Origin: Chloroflexota bacterium
GTDB taxonomy: Bacteria; Chloroflexota; Dehalococcoidia; JACQUA01
Reading direction: 5' to 3'
Assembly: GCA_016210565.1 (NCBI GenBank)
Contig: JACQUA010000270.1
Span: 19,996 to 51,995 of the forward strand
DNA length: 32,000 bases
The position numbers and the translations under genes are program-made. Shown in pieces: positions 30,929 through 32,000 of the stretch; position 1 is the stretch's first letter, and each line of letters starts with the position of its first letter. The notes beneath the pieces were generated by a model. That model was not told the DNA's origin. It searched no databases and saw only the letters and a list, made by a program, of their open reading frames with translations.

Positions 30929-32000
30929 TCATATTCTATCTGCAAGGAACTCGTCGAACTTAGAAACCATGTAATCAAGCATCTCACGAGTCAGTCCCGG
31001 GTAAACACCTACCCAGAAGGTATTTCCCATGGCGTAATCCGTTTTATCCACACCTCCAACGATTCGGCATCTTATGTCCCGATAAGCTGGCTGTTTGAGA
31101 ATATTTCCGGCAAAAAGTAACCTGGTCAAGATTTTGTTGGACTCAAGGAATACTACTAACTCGTTTCTTGAAAAACCGGCCTTCTCTTTTATGGTTAAGG
31201 GGAAACCAAACCAGCTCGGCTCGGCCTTTTGGTCCCAAGAGGGTAAATAAAAGACATCCTCATATTTTTTAAAATGTAAATACAAATATTCGAAATTCCG
31301 GCGTCGAGCCGAGATGAAGTCGTCTAATTTCTCCAATTGCGCCAGTCCGATTGCCGGTTGCAGGTCAAGAGCCTTCAAATTGTAGCCTATATGTGAATAG
31401 ATGTACTTGTGGTCATAACCGAAAGGCAACTGCCCCAATTGCCAGTTAAATCTCTTCCCACAGGTATCATCATGGCCGGGTCGACACCAGCAGTGTCTTC
31501 CCCAGTCTCGAAACGAACGCAAAAGTTTTGTGAGCAGCGGGCTATTGGCAGCTAAAAGCCCTCCTTCTCCCATGGTGATATGGTGTGGAGGGTAAAAGCT
31601 GAAAGTAGAGATATCGCCGAAGCTGCCAACAAGCCTGCCATTATATTTTGACCCCAGCGCATCACAAGTGTCCTCAATTAGAAACAATCCATTCCTTTCA
31701 CAGAACTGCATTATGGTATCTAGATCAAACGGATTACCGAGAGCATGCGCGATAAAGACCGCCCTGGTTCTCTCGCTGAGTGCCTCTTCCAATTTCGCGG
31801 TATCAATATTATAAGTCCCTATTTTTATATCCAGGAAAACAGGAACCAGGTTATTTTGAATGATAGGATTTACCGTAGTCGGAAAGGCTGCCGCCACACT
31901 GATGACTTCGTCACCAGGTCTGAGACGTTTCTCGCCCAGTTCCTCCGAAGTTAGTACACAAACAGCAAGAAGATTAGCCGATGAGCCGGAGTTAGTCAGA
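30929..32000 (-). CDS. rfbH: RfbH/E1-like PLP/PMP-dependent sugar 3-dehydrase (DegT superfamily); N-terminus lies beyond the window
   Basis: The frame stays open from GTG 31897 to nt 31999 (...[45 protein letters not shown]). '[21 protein letters not shown]' is the Cys-rich motif characteristic of RfbH/DdhC-type dehydrases; '[17 protein letters not shown]' is also present. Confidence 0.8.
   Translation of the reverse strand, partial: LTNSGSSANLLAVCVLTSEELGEKRLRPGDEVISVAAAFPTTVNPIIQNNLVPVFLDIKIGTYNIDTAKLEEALSERTRAVFIAHALGNPFDLDTIMQFCERNGLFLIEDTCDALGSKYNGRLVGSFGDISTFSFYPPHHITMGEGGLLAANSPLLTKLLRSFRDWGRHCWCRPGHDDTCGKRFNWQLGQLPFGYDHKYIYSHIGYNLKALDLQPAIGLAQLEKLDDFISARRRNFEYLYLHFKKYEDVFYLPSWDQKAEPSWFGFPLTIKEKAGFSRNELVVFLESNKILTRLLFAGNILKQPAYRDIRCRIVGGVDKTDYAMGNTFWVGVYPGLTREMLDYMVSKFDEFLADRI

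Noticed and set aside
1-32000. Looked for defence systems, toxin-antitoxin pairs, mobile-element genes (transposase, integrase, recombinase, reverse transcriptase), prophage genes, and tRNA or rRNA.
   Set aside because: Every ORF longer than about 250 aa is accounted for by sugar-nucleotide or glycan enzymes or GT-like proteins. I saw no nuclease, ATPase, helicase, DDE or tyrosine-recombinase motifs, and no tRNA-like T-arm (GGTTCGAATCC-type) sequences.

Overview
**Overview.** The window is one dense surface-glycan / nucleotide-sugar biosynthesis locus. I support 29 protein-coding genes, and both window edges fall inside genes.

**Layout.**
- nt 1-4909 (+ strand): an FkbM-type methyltransferase, three extended SDR epimerase/reductases and a divergent GT-B glycosyltransferase.
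- nt 4927-16932 and 18279-32000 (- strand): two long operon-like runs with frequent 4-nt start/stop overlaps.
- One + strand gene (17239-18282) sits between these two runs.

**Content.** The core is nonulosonic-acid (sialic / legionaminic / pseudaminic-type, 'NulO') biosynthesis in unusual multiplicity:
- four NeuB-family synthases (two canonical, two with rewritten pocket motifs);
- two NeuC-type hydrolysing 2-epimerases;
- two paralogous SpsF-like cytidylyltransferases;
- two NeuD/PglD-type acetyltransferases;
- three DegT-type aminotransferases and one class-III aminotransferase;
- a Gfo/Idh/MocA oxidoreductase;
- a PseB/CapD-like protein whose expected catalytic residues are substituted.

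A separate deoxy-amino-sugar module is also present: an RfbH-like 3-dehydrase, two SDRs, an N-formyltransferase and a DegT aminotransferase.

**Absent.** I see no rRNA, tRNA, CRISPR array, transposase, integrase, phage gene or recognisable defence gene.

**Non-coding DNA.** The few intergenic spacers are packed with at least four families of short hairpin-forming (REP/MITE-like) repeats. These include a 36-bp tandem array, ~60-nt elements with covarying stems, and an identical 25-mer placed just 5' of two start codons.

**Verdict.** I found no evidence for a new class of system such as defence or a mobile element. The most unusual biology is the multi-pathway NulO supercluster with divergent synthase paralogs and active-site-substituted enzymes, together with the structured repeat families.

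**Limits.** All family calls rest on motif recognition by eye in the supplied translations; no database search was run. Several start codons are uncertain, and alternatives are given in the evidence fields.
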